64,000 nucleotides of DNA from Vermamoeba vermiformis. Its lineage: Eukaryota. The translations under genes and the position numbers were made by a program. Positions within the stretch are counted from its first letter, which is position 1. Each line of letters begins with the position of its first letter. The notes below the pieces were generated by a model. It was not told the origin of the DNA and searched no databases. It saw only the letters and a program-made list of their open reading frames with translations. Below, piece by piece: positions 23,213 to 36,600 of the stretch. The DNA is taken from positions 1 through 64,000 of the forward strand of contig JBEWZL010000166.1 of assembly GCA_045837725.1 (NCBI GenBank), written 5' to 3'.

Positions 23213-24706
23213 CTATTCGACCTCGTCATCCGAATTGTACAAAAAGTTGTCTTCAACTGTTGCATCTTGATACTGCTGGTACTCTGCGGTCAAATCTTCC
23301 AAGTTCGAGATCGCTTCATTGAATTCCATCTCGTCCATGCCTTCTCCAAGATACCAATGCAAAAAAGCTTTGCGCTTGTACATTGCGTGAAATCTTTCCG
23401 CAGTGCTCTTAAAAGCATCGATTATAGCCGTAGTGTTAATTAGGGCTGCTCCGGACATATTGAGATTGATCGGAGATATTGAACATAAAGAGGTTTTGAT
23501 ATTGTCCGGGATCCACTCGATAAATGATGAAGAATGCTCGTTTTGCATTGATGCGATCGATTCGTCTATTTCTCCGATCGGAGTATCTCCGCGGAAGATA
23601 CAACTCGCGGATAAATGTTTGCCATAATTTTTTCCGTAATGCGTGGCATTTTCAAGCAATAAATTCTGCCAGTTGAACAATTGCGCTGTAATGTCTTTAA
23701 TATTCGTAATTTCTTTCTCGCCTTTGAAACTATTGGCTGAAATTGGGGATCTGGCTGGGACCAAAAAATGAGTACGAGGGAACGGCACCAGATTGAACGA
23801 TAATTTGCGTAAATCTGCTCGAGATTGCGTTGAAAATCGCATTCCACTCGTAATATCGCTTAATACACTCGCCCATAATGTGTTAAGATGGGTGTACGTC
23901 GGATTCACTATTTTGCTTTTCCAAGAAAGTGAATAGGCTGCATCGTCTTCCAAATAGACCACTGCATCAGTATTCTCTATCAATTGGTGCAATGATAATA
24001 CGTTATTATATACAAATGCTATTGAGTTGCCTCCACGAGTAGTTCCGACATGGGAGTAAGCCCAAACCAGTCGATCTGGATATTCTTCGCGCAGTTTTGA
24101 TATTATTAAAGTGCCCATACCAGAACCTGTACCACCGCTAATACTTTGGAGTATTTGAAAGCCTTGTAGGCAATCTGCGCGTTCAGTTTCTGCTCGAACG
24201 ACATCCATAACTTGATCAGCCATTTCAGCGCCTTCAGTGTAATGTCCTTTGGCCCAATTGCAGCCTGCGCCTGAAGAGCCCCATACAAAGTTATCAGGAC
24301 GATAGAATCTGGAGCTATCAGCAGATGTTATGCTGTAAAGTGGCTCTGATAAAAAAATAATGTCAAATCTGAGCTTGGAAAAATCTTGTCGACAAAATTG
24401 ATTTTTATAATATGATATTAATAGGAAAATTTCGTTTCATAATTTTAACGGACGTTGCTATTTGATAATAAATTTATTTTAATATTTTTTATTCTTACCT
24501 AAATCCACGAGCAATGCACGAGGCACGAAATGATTTTCTCTATATTCGTGGAAAAATACGCCATTTTTTTCAGCTACTGAAGCAGGTGCGTTGGGTTTAA
24601 GCGCACCATTGGAGTCCAAACAATGCTCTTCTCGCAGTAAAGACCAAAAACGGTCTCCCATTTGATTTCCACATTGTCCAAATTGTAGATGAATAATTTC
24701 GCCCAT
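23213..24706 (-). CDS. Divergent beta-tubulin (2 exons)
   Basis: GQCGNQ, VPRALLVDL, RPDNF, NWAKGHYTEGAE, GGTGSGMGTL, DLRKL, AFLHWY.GEGMDEMEF, EYQQYQDAT. Confidence 0.92.
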
Positions 24707-25083
24707 AATGAGGTGTAATTAGCTCGTAAGATCTGATTTTGACAAGATGTGATCCTTTTGTCACGTCTCTGAATTACTCAGATTTTAAATAACATATATT
24801 GATGTGTTTGTGTTGCGCGTTGATGTAATTGATAAATAAATGGATAAATAATCTTTGTTTCAGGAGAAAAAATACGGTTTTGAATCGCACGTGCGATTTT
24901 TTCTCACTCTCGAAACTGTTTTAATGCCATCAAAGGGATGTATTGCGGGTCAAATTCAGTTAGTATGTACAATGGTGAACGAAGTACTGCCCGGACATAA
25001 GTATGACAGAGAACCGTTCAAAACCCAAAATAGAAAGAAACCGTCAAAACACTACATAATTTATCTGTGTCAATGACAGCGCT

Positions 25084-26613
25084 TTATCTAACTAACTTGT
25101 TCGCATAAGATAAAAATGAAGGACCACTGCCATCCGACTTAGCAGATGTGTTGCTGCTGCTCGTCGTGACACGGGTACTTCGTCTGAAACTGTTCTCGTT
25201 GATTTGATATTTGACCTCAATAGCTCGTTTGTTCATTGCCGCTGTAATTTTCGGATATTTTTTCGTCAATGTTGCGTGCAATTGTTTTTCACGAGCACCA
25301 CGCGTGTCCAAAAATTTCAACAGATCATCGACCTACAGAGTTACGTTAGCTATATATTGAATATAATAATCAAATCATCAAATACCTCTTCTTTAGTGCT
25401 ATAATAGCCCCAAGCAGTAGTCGCGCCTTTCTTCATCAAGGTGATTTTGGGATCTACATCCGCCATCGAAAATCCTTGCGACTCAGCATGTGCTTCGTTA
25501 TCGTTACTATTGTTATTATTATTGCCGTTATTCTTTAGAGATTTCAGAGGAGACGAAGCTTGTCTCTTTAACTTTTCACGAGCTTTTCTTTTTTCATTTC
25601 GTGCTTCACGTCTATTTTGGCCATCAGTTCCAATTTCCTAATATAGTAATACGCTATTCAACCATACCCTGAAGATTCTCCCGAGTCCTCGGAATTAGAC
25701 TCGTGCTCGGATCGAACTTCCTCTTCGTCACTGCTGTACGAGTGCTCTTCAGAGTCATAAGGATGCAATTCTTCTTCGGCGTCCTCATCCCAGTTGTGCG
25801 GAGAATACTGGACTAGGACTCGTGCTGAAATTGGACTCGTGATGGAGGCATTATAGTTCTTGCCGAACCACCAGTACCTGGTAACATTTGCCTTTAGAAT
25901 TGTGGTCCTCATACGAAGATCCAACCGGTGCGAATTAACCCTTAACCAAGATTGGTTTGTCTAGAATATATGCTCTAATATTTCTAGCAATTTAAATGTA
26001 ATATTGGGCTTGAAAACGTATATATCGAACTTCACGAGATAAACCTTACCTGTTATTGTACCGATCTAAACCGAGTGGGTTAGCGCGTAGTCGTACTTTT
26101 TCAGCGGCTTCTTCAGCTTTTTGCTTGATAGCTTCAACTTCTTTCTTTTGTTCCTTCAATTGCTCTTTGTTTTCGGCTTTCTCTTTCTTCGCTTTTTCGT
26201 CCTCTTTCTTGGCCTTAGCATCAGCCGCGGCAGATTTCTTAGTATCCTTTTCTTTAGATTTTCTCGCTCGTTTCTTCTCGTTGCTTCTTAATTTCGCTCA
26301 ATTTTTTGCTGAAGAAAGACGTTGATCAGATCCAGTACGCGGCAATGTTTTTCTTTTCCGATAAAGAACATACCTCTTCTCCTTATTTATCTCCTTACGA
26401 GTCTCCAAATCGCCAATAATGGCTTCTCTAATCGCATTAGAATTCATAGCCTCGTCGCACAAAAATTGTATGATGGTCAATCGTTCGCTCATATCCAGCT
26501 TGAAGAAAGACTTGCTAATCAGTTTCTTGGTCAAATTAGGGTGGCCGAATTCGTATTTCTTTTCCTATGAGACAAAAAGTTATTAGCCAACATGGCGATC
26601 TTGAAAAAATTTT

Positions 26614-26667
<54 letters not shown>

Positions 26668-28594
26668 TTTTTTTTTTTTTTTTTTGTTTTTTTTTTGGCG
26701 CCCCCGCGCAAAAAATTTCCCAAACAAACCGCGAAAAAAAAAATCATAAGTTGGCCGTGCTTACCTTTAGATATTGAGGCAGTATCTCTTGCCAAGTTTT
26801 GACGTTCAAATTCTTCTTTTTGATCTTCGTGTCATCGGAGTCTACGGTGTCCAAGGCTAATTTTAGCACTCGGAACATTGTATGAGCCGTCAATGCGCAG
26901 TTACTATGGTGGTTCAATGCCGCAGAGTAGTCCTCTACGGTATAAGGCGATAAACAAAGCGCGTTGCTGAACGAAGTTAAGAAGGACCAAGTCATAAACA
27001 GCGACGTCAAACAGTTTTGTGGCTCTTCAAAGTCTGTCGAAGGCTGCGGGGGCATCAAATCACGTGACTTTTCATCGCGTTCGATATCCATATCATCAAG
27101 TTCCAACTTGATTTTTTTGCGCTGAACGAGAAACAGATCGTAAGTCAAGGCCGTGAGTACAAACAAAATTGACCGAAATTCTTCCTAAATATGGCCATAC
27201 TAAACACTTACGGGTCCTTCCTCGGTACTGACATCACCTTCTTCACGCTTTCGTTTCTACAAAAAATCGTCAGCGTACATATTTTGACAAAGTATAGTAT
27301 TGATAATATAAGCTGTAATGCTATTGAAAAACACATACTCTATTTTGCTTGTTTTTGAACTTATCTTCGAGTTCTTGAAGCTCTTTCGGAAGTTCTTTCG
27401 CCAGACCAAATTTTTCGACCCACCTATTCGAAGCCTATTAATATCGTATCGTGCAGTAAATATTATAACGAATCATACTCGTTGGATACGATCCAAGGAG
27501 CACCAGTATAGTTGTGCTTGTCATCGGTGATTTGTTTCACTGTTTGGCGTAAGACAGGTTTGGAAAGTACGAACCATCGACGACTAAAAGTAGCAATAAG
27601 CGATTAGAGTACATCGGATTACATTACGACGAATAATTAATACTCACGAAATTGAAGATTGAGGCACTGTAGTTACTTCAGGAGGTACGTCGTGTCGTGT
27701 TTCTTTCTTCTCTTTTTTCTCTTTCTCTTCACCGCCTTCATGACCCTCCTCTTTCTCTTTATCCTCTTTATCCTCCTTATCACCTTTCTTGGTATCATCT
27801 TTTTCTTCATTAGTGCTCTTTTCTTCGTTGTTGGTAGCAGATCCCGCGTCTTTTTTCTTTTTACGAGAGTCGCTACGGTCGCCTTGTACTGCAGTCCAAT
27901 TTACTTCTAACTGCTTTTCTTTGCCTTTAGTAATTATTTTCAGCACAGTTCCTATTCGACGCCTGCATCACCAAGCATTAGTACGAGATCCAGATCTAAA
28001 TTTTCGTGCTTGCGTACTTTCTCGCATTCATGGGCATTACTACTTCTTCGCCGACGAAATAGTGGTCCTTCAAATAATCTGAAATCTCCCATACGAGGTC
28101 TTCTAGATTTTTTGTGCCTTTTATGCAAGACGCATCCATTAAATTTTTGAAGCATTATAACGGAATATCGAGTTAACTTACTGTGGTGCGTAATCTTAGC
28201 AATAGGTTCGATATAATAGTCTGGAATTAGCTTTTTTGCGGCTTCTGCTTCCGACGCCAATGCTTCTTCGTAAGTCAAGTTACTTTTGCCCGTAATTTTG
28301 CATGAAAAAATCTTCTGATTATAATATTCTAGCCGTTCCAAGTATTCTCTGCATTAAATTAATAATAAATTCAAAATTAATAGCGGTAAGTGACAGATAG
28401 CGTTTTATCAAATCTTCTACGGAGAAAATGACGCCAAAATGCCTCTAAAAATATTTCAAAATTATACTTAGTAGCACATACTTGTTGTCAGTAAATATTT
28501 CGTTGGTGAAGGGAATCTTGAAAACTTCTTGCTCAGGCTTCACATCCGGAGCAGTCTTAAACTCTACAGGCGTACGACCATTAATTAATGGCAT
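25084..28594 (-). CDS. ACF1/BAZ1A/Itc1-like ISWI partner (WAC, DDT, WHIM1, WSD regions), multi-exon
   Basis: EVFKIPFTNEIF..YNQKIFSCKITGKSNLTYEEALASE (WAC); WSFLTSFSNALCLSPY (DDT); ERLTIIQFLCDE (WHIM1); PLGLDRYN; LDTRGAREKQL. Confidence 0.88.
26607..26725. repeat. Degraded poly-T low-complexity tract, probable sequencing artefact
   Basis: About 90 nt of near-pure T followed by homopolymer-smeared sequence, inside the ACF1-like gene. Confidence 0.75.
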
Positions 28595-28852
28595 TAGGAA
28601 TATGTTTATGCGAACCACGGTAAGAGAACAAAATGAAAAAAATTGGCGCGCAACCAAAAAAAACAGTTCTTCGCCTTTTTATTGCTCAGGCTGCAACACA
28701 AGCTAACTGCCATTAAATGCAGTTTGCAACAATTTACTTGAGCAGCCGGCTTGCTGAATTCACGCTTAAGAAAAAAAACGGAAAATCGCAAACGAAAATA
28801 CCTGCATAAACAGCTAAAGCAAGTCGTTACCTCTTCAACGATAGATACAACA

Positions 28853-30242
28853 ATGGCTAGCGTTTTAGGTACGGCTTAAAATACCAGGCGTATTCAAATT
28901 CTAATTATTTAATTAAGCCTTTCTGCAGGTCAACGAGATTCGCTCGAAGATGCCGGTAAATAATTATATTGGTATTAATGTAATATTATTTACAATTATC
29001 CTGCTTAGATTTCGCAATTATTGTCGAGAACGAAGAAGGAGCCACAGTACACAAAAAAGCTCATAAATTTATGCTTCGACAGAGCCCATATTTTGCGGCG
29101 GTAAGAAACGCCGAATGCTTATAATTCACTAATTATAGTAATTATACGTAGCTATTTCGAATGGATGGCCAAGAAGCGCAAAAAAACTTGGTCGAACTTC
29201 CGTCGATCAGCGCTGAATCCATGGACCTCATTCTCGATTTTATGTACGGAAAACAGCCCGCTATAACACGTGATAACGCACTGGATCTAGCACGAGCAGC
29301 CAATTACTTGCAGTTGAACGAGCTGAAAATTTTGTCCGTCAACGCATATTTCGAAACATTCAAAAGGCTAGTTCCCAATGCAATTATTACAGGATTGCGA
29401 GCTTTGGAAGAATTTGGCGATACCTTAGCACCAGGAGAGCATTTTACTGCAAGAAAATTAGTCGAGTAAGACCAGATCCAAAGCCGAATGAAATTGTAGC
29501 TCACCACAGCGTTTTATAGGAAGCTTCTGATATGGTCCAGTACATGGACAAATATAGATTTGGTTACAGACACTGTCCTGGCAGCAATTATGCAATACAA
29601 AACAATTCCAAATGTCGTGTTTTACATCCTCAACGAATGGAACAAACTCACAAAGCCAGACCCTGAAAAACTCAAGATGTTCATATATCTCTATTTTAAA
29701 GGAACCAAAGACAAAATTGACATGCCCCCTTTGGCTGTAGCAATGCTAGCCAAGTTGGAAATTATGAACAAGGCGATTTTATCCAAGTTCAATATCAGCG
29801 ACAAGCTCGTGGCTACAAAGCCTAACTCTATGCACTGTAAGCTCTTTAACGATAGGTGGGGCACTATTCAATTGGAAGACAAAATTTTGTGGTAAGTACA
29901 CATAGAAATTCCAATGCTTTTTTTCATGTAATAACTCGTTTTAGCATGTATCGCTTTATGGGGTTTAGTGAAACACAAGACGACCAAGATGAGCACCATG
30001 AAATATTTTATCTAGTAATGCTGCGAATAGTTGGCACTGAAAGTATTACCATTGAACTGAAAAACAACAAACAACAAATAATTGGTGTTTGGACGAATAA
30101 GTTTGACAATGAAAACCAAAAGTTCCAGGGAAAGCTGAGCCTGAAGTCATGGCGCAACTTCCAACAACAAGTGCTAGACTTGACAAATCCAGAAGAACGT
30201 TGGTGTTCGCTTATCATCAAATTATCTCCTGTAAATCAATAG
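28853..30242 (+). CDS. BTB/POZ domain protein, multi-exon
   Basis: DFAIIV..AHKFMLRQSPYFAALF..ILDFMYG..LARAANYLQLNELK. Confidence 0.88.
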
Positions 30243-30509
30243 CCATCGTAGATAAGATTACCATTTCGACTATAATCAGAAACGAAATTGAAACCATCTA
30301 TAATGTCCATGTACGTCGGATCGAGCCAAACTGAAACGACCTATACTAATTATAGTATGGCAAAAAATAAATAAATGAGCTCTTATCAAATACTGCCATT
30401 AGCAATTGTTCTTCAATCGCTCCTCGATCCGATTGTGATCCCGTTGCTTGTACTACAGTTTCCTTTCTAGAAAAAAACTGCTTTACATAGTATAGTTCGT
30501 ACAAATCAT

Positions 30510-31470
30510 TTAAGAAGACTTCTTCAACTTCATCTTGCGTTCCACGATGCGTTTGCCAGCCATAGACTTGACCTTGGTATGCAAATCCGGTCTGTAGTTA
30601 GTGAACGAGAATAGGACTTCCAACCAGACGAAGAGCGGTGCGAGCACGACAGATTGGAACAAATTGTCGAGTAATGCAGGAGAATTGCCTTCAGCAAAGC
30701 GATGAGCAGCAATCTGGCTGGTCCATCCAACAATTTGACAGATCAAGACGATAGAACCGACGGAAGTAGCATAGTGGTACTAATAATATTGTATTAATAC
30801 TGTAGTTAATACAAAACAGTAAATACGATGCAATGAGAGAAATTTCATGAATGAGTGGATCAACGGCCTTCACGTACCTTAACGTAGTTCAAGAGAATCC
30901 ACATGCCCATAACAATACCAGCCATAGAGACCTAAACAAACACGAATTAATATCCAAAAAATAATATTATTTAAGCGAGATCGTGGTTGCTCGAACTGGA
31001 ATCTCGACTTACACCAGCGAATTTGCGCTCCAACAGAATGTAATAGGTTCCATAAAATACAGCCAATAAGAAGCCAGCGTTCATTTCGGTTAAGTAGTTG
31101 CCTTAAGAAAATAGGTCAGACGGAGGATCGAGCGGAACGTAATTAAGCATTATAAAAATTTGCAAATTATAAATTATAATGATATAATATAATTTATATA
31201 GTAGGCAATGCTTAGGATTAAATTCTGAGATTGCTTGTTTCAAAAGTTGTTACCTGAATGCGGCAAAAAGGAGAGAGGTCCAGATAACTGAGCAAAATAG
31301 AGAAATGCTGACCAAAGAAGTACTGGTACGAATATAATATGGACTAATTGGTTGCTACGATGAAGAGAGATCAGAAATGAGTCACATCCGTAAAAATTTC
31401 TAACTTACGTCTTATTTGTATGATATGAGGCGTAGAACGCGAGTTGTGAGGTCAAATCAAATATACCCAT
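30510..31470 (-). CDS. Mpo1/DUF962-like membrane protein
   Basis: QLAFYASYHTNKTNQLVHIIFVP, GWTSQIAAHRFAEGNSPALLDNLFQS..APLFVWLEVLF. Confidence 0.9.
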
Positions 31471-31575
31471 CGTATTATATATTCTAATAATAGCTCTATT
31501 GTGGTGCTAAAGATACGTTTCAATTCAGAAAATAATTTGCTCGTCTTTTCATAAAACAACACCCATTGAACACAA

Positions 31576-33462
31576 ATGGCATCTCAATATCGTTTATTAA
31601 TTAAGAATGCCAAGCAGCTCGTTACTGTTTGCAGTAATGGCGAGAAGATGAAGATCGGAAAGCAGATGGAGGAGGTAAAATATTGCGCTTACAGAATCTT
31701 CGCAAGTCCATCAATTTATTTGCAATTATAATTTATTTTGTATTTTGCACGAAGAAATAATTTATTGAGCATTATTGGTACGCGACAAGCCTCGGATTGA
31801 ACAAGATAATTGTTTTTTTGGACATTTTGAAGCTATTTTCCACCTTTTGAGCATTAACTCGTCGCTATATTCATTAAAGTAACATAATTAATACAATAGG
31901 TCGCTATTATTGAAAATGGAGCTATTGTGATTGATAATAACGGTAACATCGTCGAAGTTGGATCTACCTCTGTTATCGAGCAAAAATATCAATCAGCCTC
32001 ATTTGCCAATACTATTGATGCTACTGGAAAGGTCGTGTTGCCTGGTAAGTTCAGAGCATCAATCATAACGAGATCCATTGCTGAAATTTTTTGTAGGACT
32101 TATCGACGGTCACACACATCCAGTATGGAGTGGCGATCGTGTTCATGAATTTGCCATGAAATTAGCAGGAGCTACATATATGGACATTCATAAAATGGGT
32201 GGCGGTATCGGATTCACCGTAAACCACACGAAACAGAGCAGCGAGGCTGAATTAGAGGAGCTGCTTATTAAGCGATTGTGGCGCATGATTAGTCAAGGAA
32301 CTACTTTAATAGAAGCTAAGAGCGGTAAGCGGTCATGAATGAGCTGCTTGAATATTGGATTTGACTCGATCTGGTGCAGGTTATGGACTCGAAGCAGAAA
32401 CAGAGCTTAAAATGCTGAAAGTATTGCACAAAGTGCAGAGCAAAGTGCCTATTGATATTGTATCGAATTACCTTGGCGGTCATTCAGTTCCTAAAGGCAA
32501 ATCTGCAGCCGAAGCTACTGAAGACATTATCAACGTACAGCTTCCTCTCGTAAAGGTAAATACTCCTTTGTAATATTGTTAATATGCACTAACTAACTTA
32601 TTGCGCATTTTACTAGAAACTGAACGAGGCTGGCGAAATTTCTGCATCGTTGATAGATGTGTTTTGCGAGACCGGAGTTTTCGAAGTAGAGGATACTAGA
32701 AGGATATTGAAGGCAGGCCTCGAACATGGCCTCGAGATAAACTTCCACGGCGATGAGCTGACCCATATTAAAGCTTCAGAATTGGCTGGAGAGTTGAAAG
32801 CATTGGCCATCAGCCACGTTGAAAAGGTAACACTTTTCCTCGTACACGAAGCATCTCTTAGCCCTATCTATACATTATATATGATATAGGTACTGACTCA
32901 ATATTATTTAGGTCTCTGAAGAAGGAATTAAAGCACTAGCTATTCGTCCAACGGTCGCTGTTTTGTTGCCTACCACAGCTTACATTTTAAAGCTTAAACC
33001 ACCTCCAGCAAAGGATTTAATTAATAACAGTACGTACATAACATCTTGATATTGCAAAAATGTAACGCGCGATTACTTATCGACGAGCCAACGACAGATG
33101 TGCCCGTGGCTCTCGGATCTGACTTCAATCCGAACGCTCATTGCGTGTCAATGCCATTCACAATGAACTTGGCTTGCGTGTTGATGGGTATGACTATGCC
33201 TCAAGCACTTAACGCTGCAACTATCAATGCTGCTGGTAAGTCAAATCTAGTTTACCCGATCAAATCTTCGGGTTTTGCTGATGATTGTCCTGTAGCTTCG
33301 GTCAATAAGAGCAATACACATGGTTCATTAGAAGCAGGCAAGCAAGGAGATATGATTATTTTAAACGCGCCTACATGGGAGCACTTAATTTATCAACTTG
33401 TGGATCCACCAATCCAATCTGTAATTAAGAAAGGCACCGTAATATTCGAGCGCAAAGAGTAA
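31576..33462 (+). CDS. AMDHD1: Imidazolonepropionase (HutI/AMDHD1), multi-exon
   Basis: PGLIDGHTHPVWSGDRVHEF, EAKSGYGL, DVFCETGVF, NFHGDEL, ALGSDFNPN. Confidence 0.97.
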
Positions 33463-33639
33463 TAAACGCACCCGAATCGTTAATTAAATACGTGGAATTC
33501 CAAACGTTAAGAGATTGCGATTATTTGAAACACGTGATCGTTCGTTCCATTTTTAGCTCAATAAAACTGCCAGTTTTTCTCGGTGGCATGCATAGCAGTC
33601 AAACGCACGTAAGGGATAGCACATTAATAACAAGTTACT

Positions 33640-36600
33640 ATGTCAGGTAAAACTTCCGGCCAACTAACGTCCGGATTTATAACGTTGGAGGTGTCCGAAT
33701 ATTTATTACTTTATTTTAGATTCCCCTACGCTATGTCCTTTATGTGATAAAGGAGTATTATTGGTCGATCATGTTCAGCTGGGCAAGAAATGGTACCATA
33801 AAGATTGCATTAGCCAGTAAGTTGAACCGTTAATAAAATAGGCATTCGGTCTGGTCGATAGGACCACATTAATTAAAATGTTTAACATTTACAGTAAAAT
33901 AGAGTATTTTCGATTTAGGATTATTTATTTTTTCAACTATTTTCTGAATCTGTTTATTATATTTGCTTAGGTTCCCAGAAGCCTTTTTTATCGATGACGA
34001 TGAAGTAGCCGAAGAAACACCTACAACTAAGTTGCAATTTACGCCATACGATCAACAAAATGACGGATCGAACAGTAACCCATCCGGATTTTACACCGTG
34101 CAAATTGATAACCAGTCTGCAGGATCATATGGCTCTTACGCATATAAATTTGATTACGGTGATGACGAAGAGCTTTCTGAAGAACCAGATGCAGCGGATT
34201 TGCACGAAGACGCTTATGCTCAAGTTACAGGGGACTCAGAAGACGAAGAAAATTTACAAGAAATTAAAAAAAATATTCCTGACATTACAGTTAGCATTGG
34301 ATACGCTAATGAGCAGAAACAACAGAATTACACGAATGATACCACCTCAAATACTTCTTATGCCACAACGTTAAGCACTTATACCAGTGACAGTTATGAA
34401 TCCTATTCAGGCGATGATAAATCTCCCTCGACCTCGCCTAAAGTGTCAATTACACCACGAAATTATCGCGAGAACATGGCACAACAAAATAACTCTAATA
34501 ACAACGAGTCTGATTTACTCAAAAAGAGCAATTCATTGAACTCTATGACAAGTAAGTCTTTATTAATAGAGATGCTATATTATATAAGGGTTATATAATT
34601 ATTTGTTTAGCTCTTCATGACTGGAACAAAGAGTACCAACAGATCTTATCTGAAATGCCGTACAATACTATTGACGAGAAGATAGAGAAAGAACACAAAA
34701 TCTGTTTGCTCGTTGAGGAGTTTAAAAAGGTGGTTGATCGCGTTGGTCGAAAACTCATTGACGAGATCCACGTCGCATCCGCAGACAAAACTTACAAGCC
34801 GTTAGATGCTGGTGGTATCGCAGGTAAGAGTTTCATATGACGATTTATAATAAGTAATATGCTAATGGAGTATAGGCGGTCAAAAGTACGTTGTCGAAAA
34901 CATCTTTTTCAAGTTGTGCATTGACCTGAACGGAATCTACGGGGATGACGAGTACGCTCGAAAAGTTTGTAAGTAACCGATTATAGATGCCGAGTCTAGT
35001 GCTAACTTATGGTAGCTAACATGGAATTGATCGGCCTTTCTGCGTATCTTCGTTGTCAACAGGCCGTCACACCGGATCTGCGATTACCTTTTATGGCCCT
35101 CCTTGACTACAGGTACGTCATTCAACACGCCACACTGCATTTATTAATATGTATTTAATAGAGGATACCGACTATTAGCAATTTCAGTATTGCCTATCGG
35201 AAAAGACACTTTGGTTTACGGATCTGGTGACGCAGGTCGAACGATTCAAAAAGACGATCCGTTAGTCAACGAGTGGATGGACAAATGTGCCAAGTTCTTG
35301 AATATTAAGCCGCATTTGGTGTCAAAGCAGAAAGTTTTGTTGTCCTCTGCCGCTGACATCGAAGTGCACAAAGGCAACGATGGCTATTACTACGTACGTG
35401 TTAATTATTGATTGATTTCTTATGAAATGTTTGTTAATGCCTCGTAGATCTTAGACACCGCTCGTGCATTGCCACCAGAGCAGGCGGTGGATCAATACAC
35501 TGCGATTAAGATCTTGGCGAACAGTTCAAAAGGTCAAGTGCTCTTGAAGCTAGACGTAACGAAAAAAGACTTGAAAGCAATTATTGGTGACGATTTGCAA
35601 GTTAGAGTGCTGGGCGAGGGGTCTCTGTTCTACGAAGGTCAGTAGATCGAATTCAGTGAATCGGCGATTCAGTGAAAAATCTTACTAACATTTTTTCTGC
35701 AGACAAAGGAGACCTGAATCCTGTTGCGTCAGCCTTAGCAGGGTTTAGAGTACATGGTGCAGCGTATCTGATTTACGGATCTGAGCGCAGATTTTTGTTC
35801 TACTTGCTCCGTCCAGAACTGGTCTCGCAATACAAATCACCACTCAGTCCCGATGCAGTACGTAATACGGTTAAGAGGTTTTTAGGTTGCTAATTTTGGA
35901 AAGTTTTCTGGTTTTGGTGCACATGACGAACATTACAGAGCGCACAATGCCGAAGTTACAGAGGCCACTAACTATTTGCGCCACACAGTCTTGACTCAGT
36001 AAGTATTATTGACTTATAATCAGGCACTGCTGACGTAGTGATTAGGTTCTCAGAAGATTTGAAGTCCAACAAAATTTACATTACTTCGCGCAAAGAATTA
36101 GTTCGGGAGATGCATGCACACGGAATCAACATTCGTTATTTGGGTTTGTTGCGATCCCTTGTCTACAAAGTACCTAGATTACAAGCGTAAGTCTCGCCTA
36201 CAATAACTTAATCAAGTATCATCTAATTATGAATCATAGTATTGCCGTGCAAGAGATGGTGATTCGATGCATCAAAAACTACGTCGGACGAAAGTTCCGA
36301 AAGATGACGGATAATTGGAAGTTAGTTGTGGTCAAGTACTTGAACGTGTTCCTAGGCGTGTCTCCGCAGTCCAAATTCTATTGGTCGAAACTGATCAAGG
36401 TGCAATTGGAAGCAAAGTTTGGACAATACGGCCCGTCACTGAACTCTCGCGAGATTTACGATAAAGATAGTATTAAGTAAGAGCCATAACAAGTTGTTAA
36501 ATAACTTATTACTAACTTTCGCAACGTAGGGATGTATATCCGGTCCATTTGCTATTTTTGGATTTGGCGGACATGCTGGGAATCGAAATCGATCCGAAGA

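Noticed and set aside
26536-26777. Poly-Lys and poly-Phe ORFs
   Set aside because: Products of the low-quality poly-T tract
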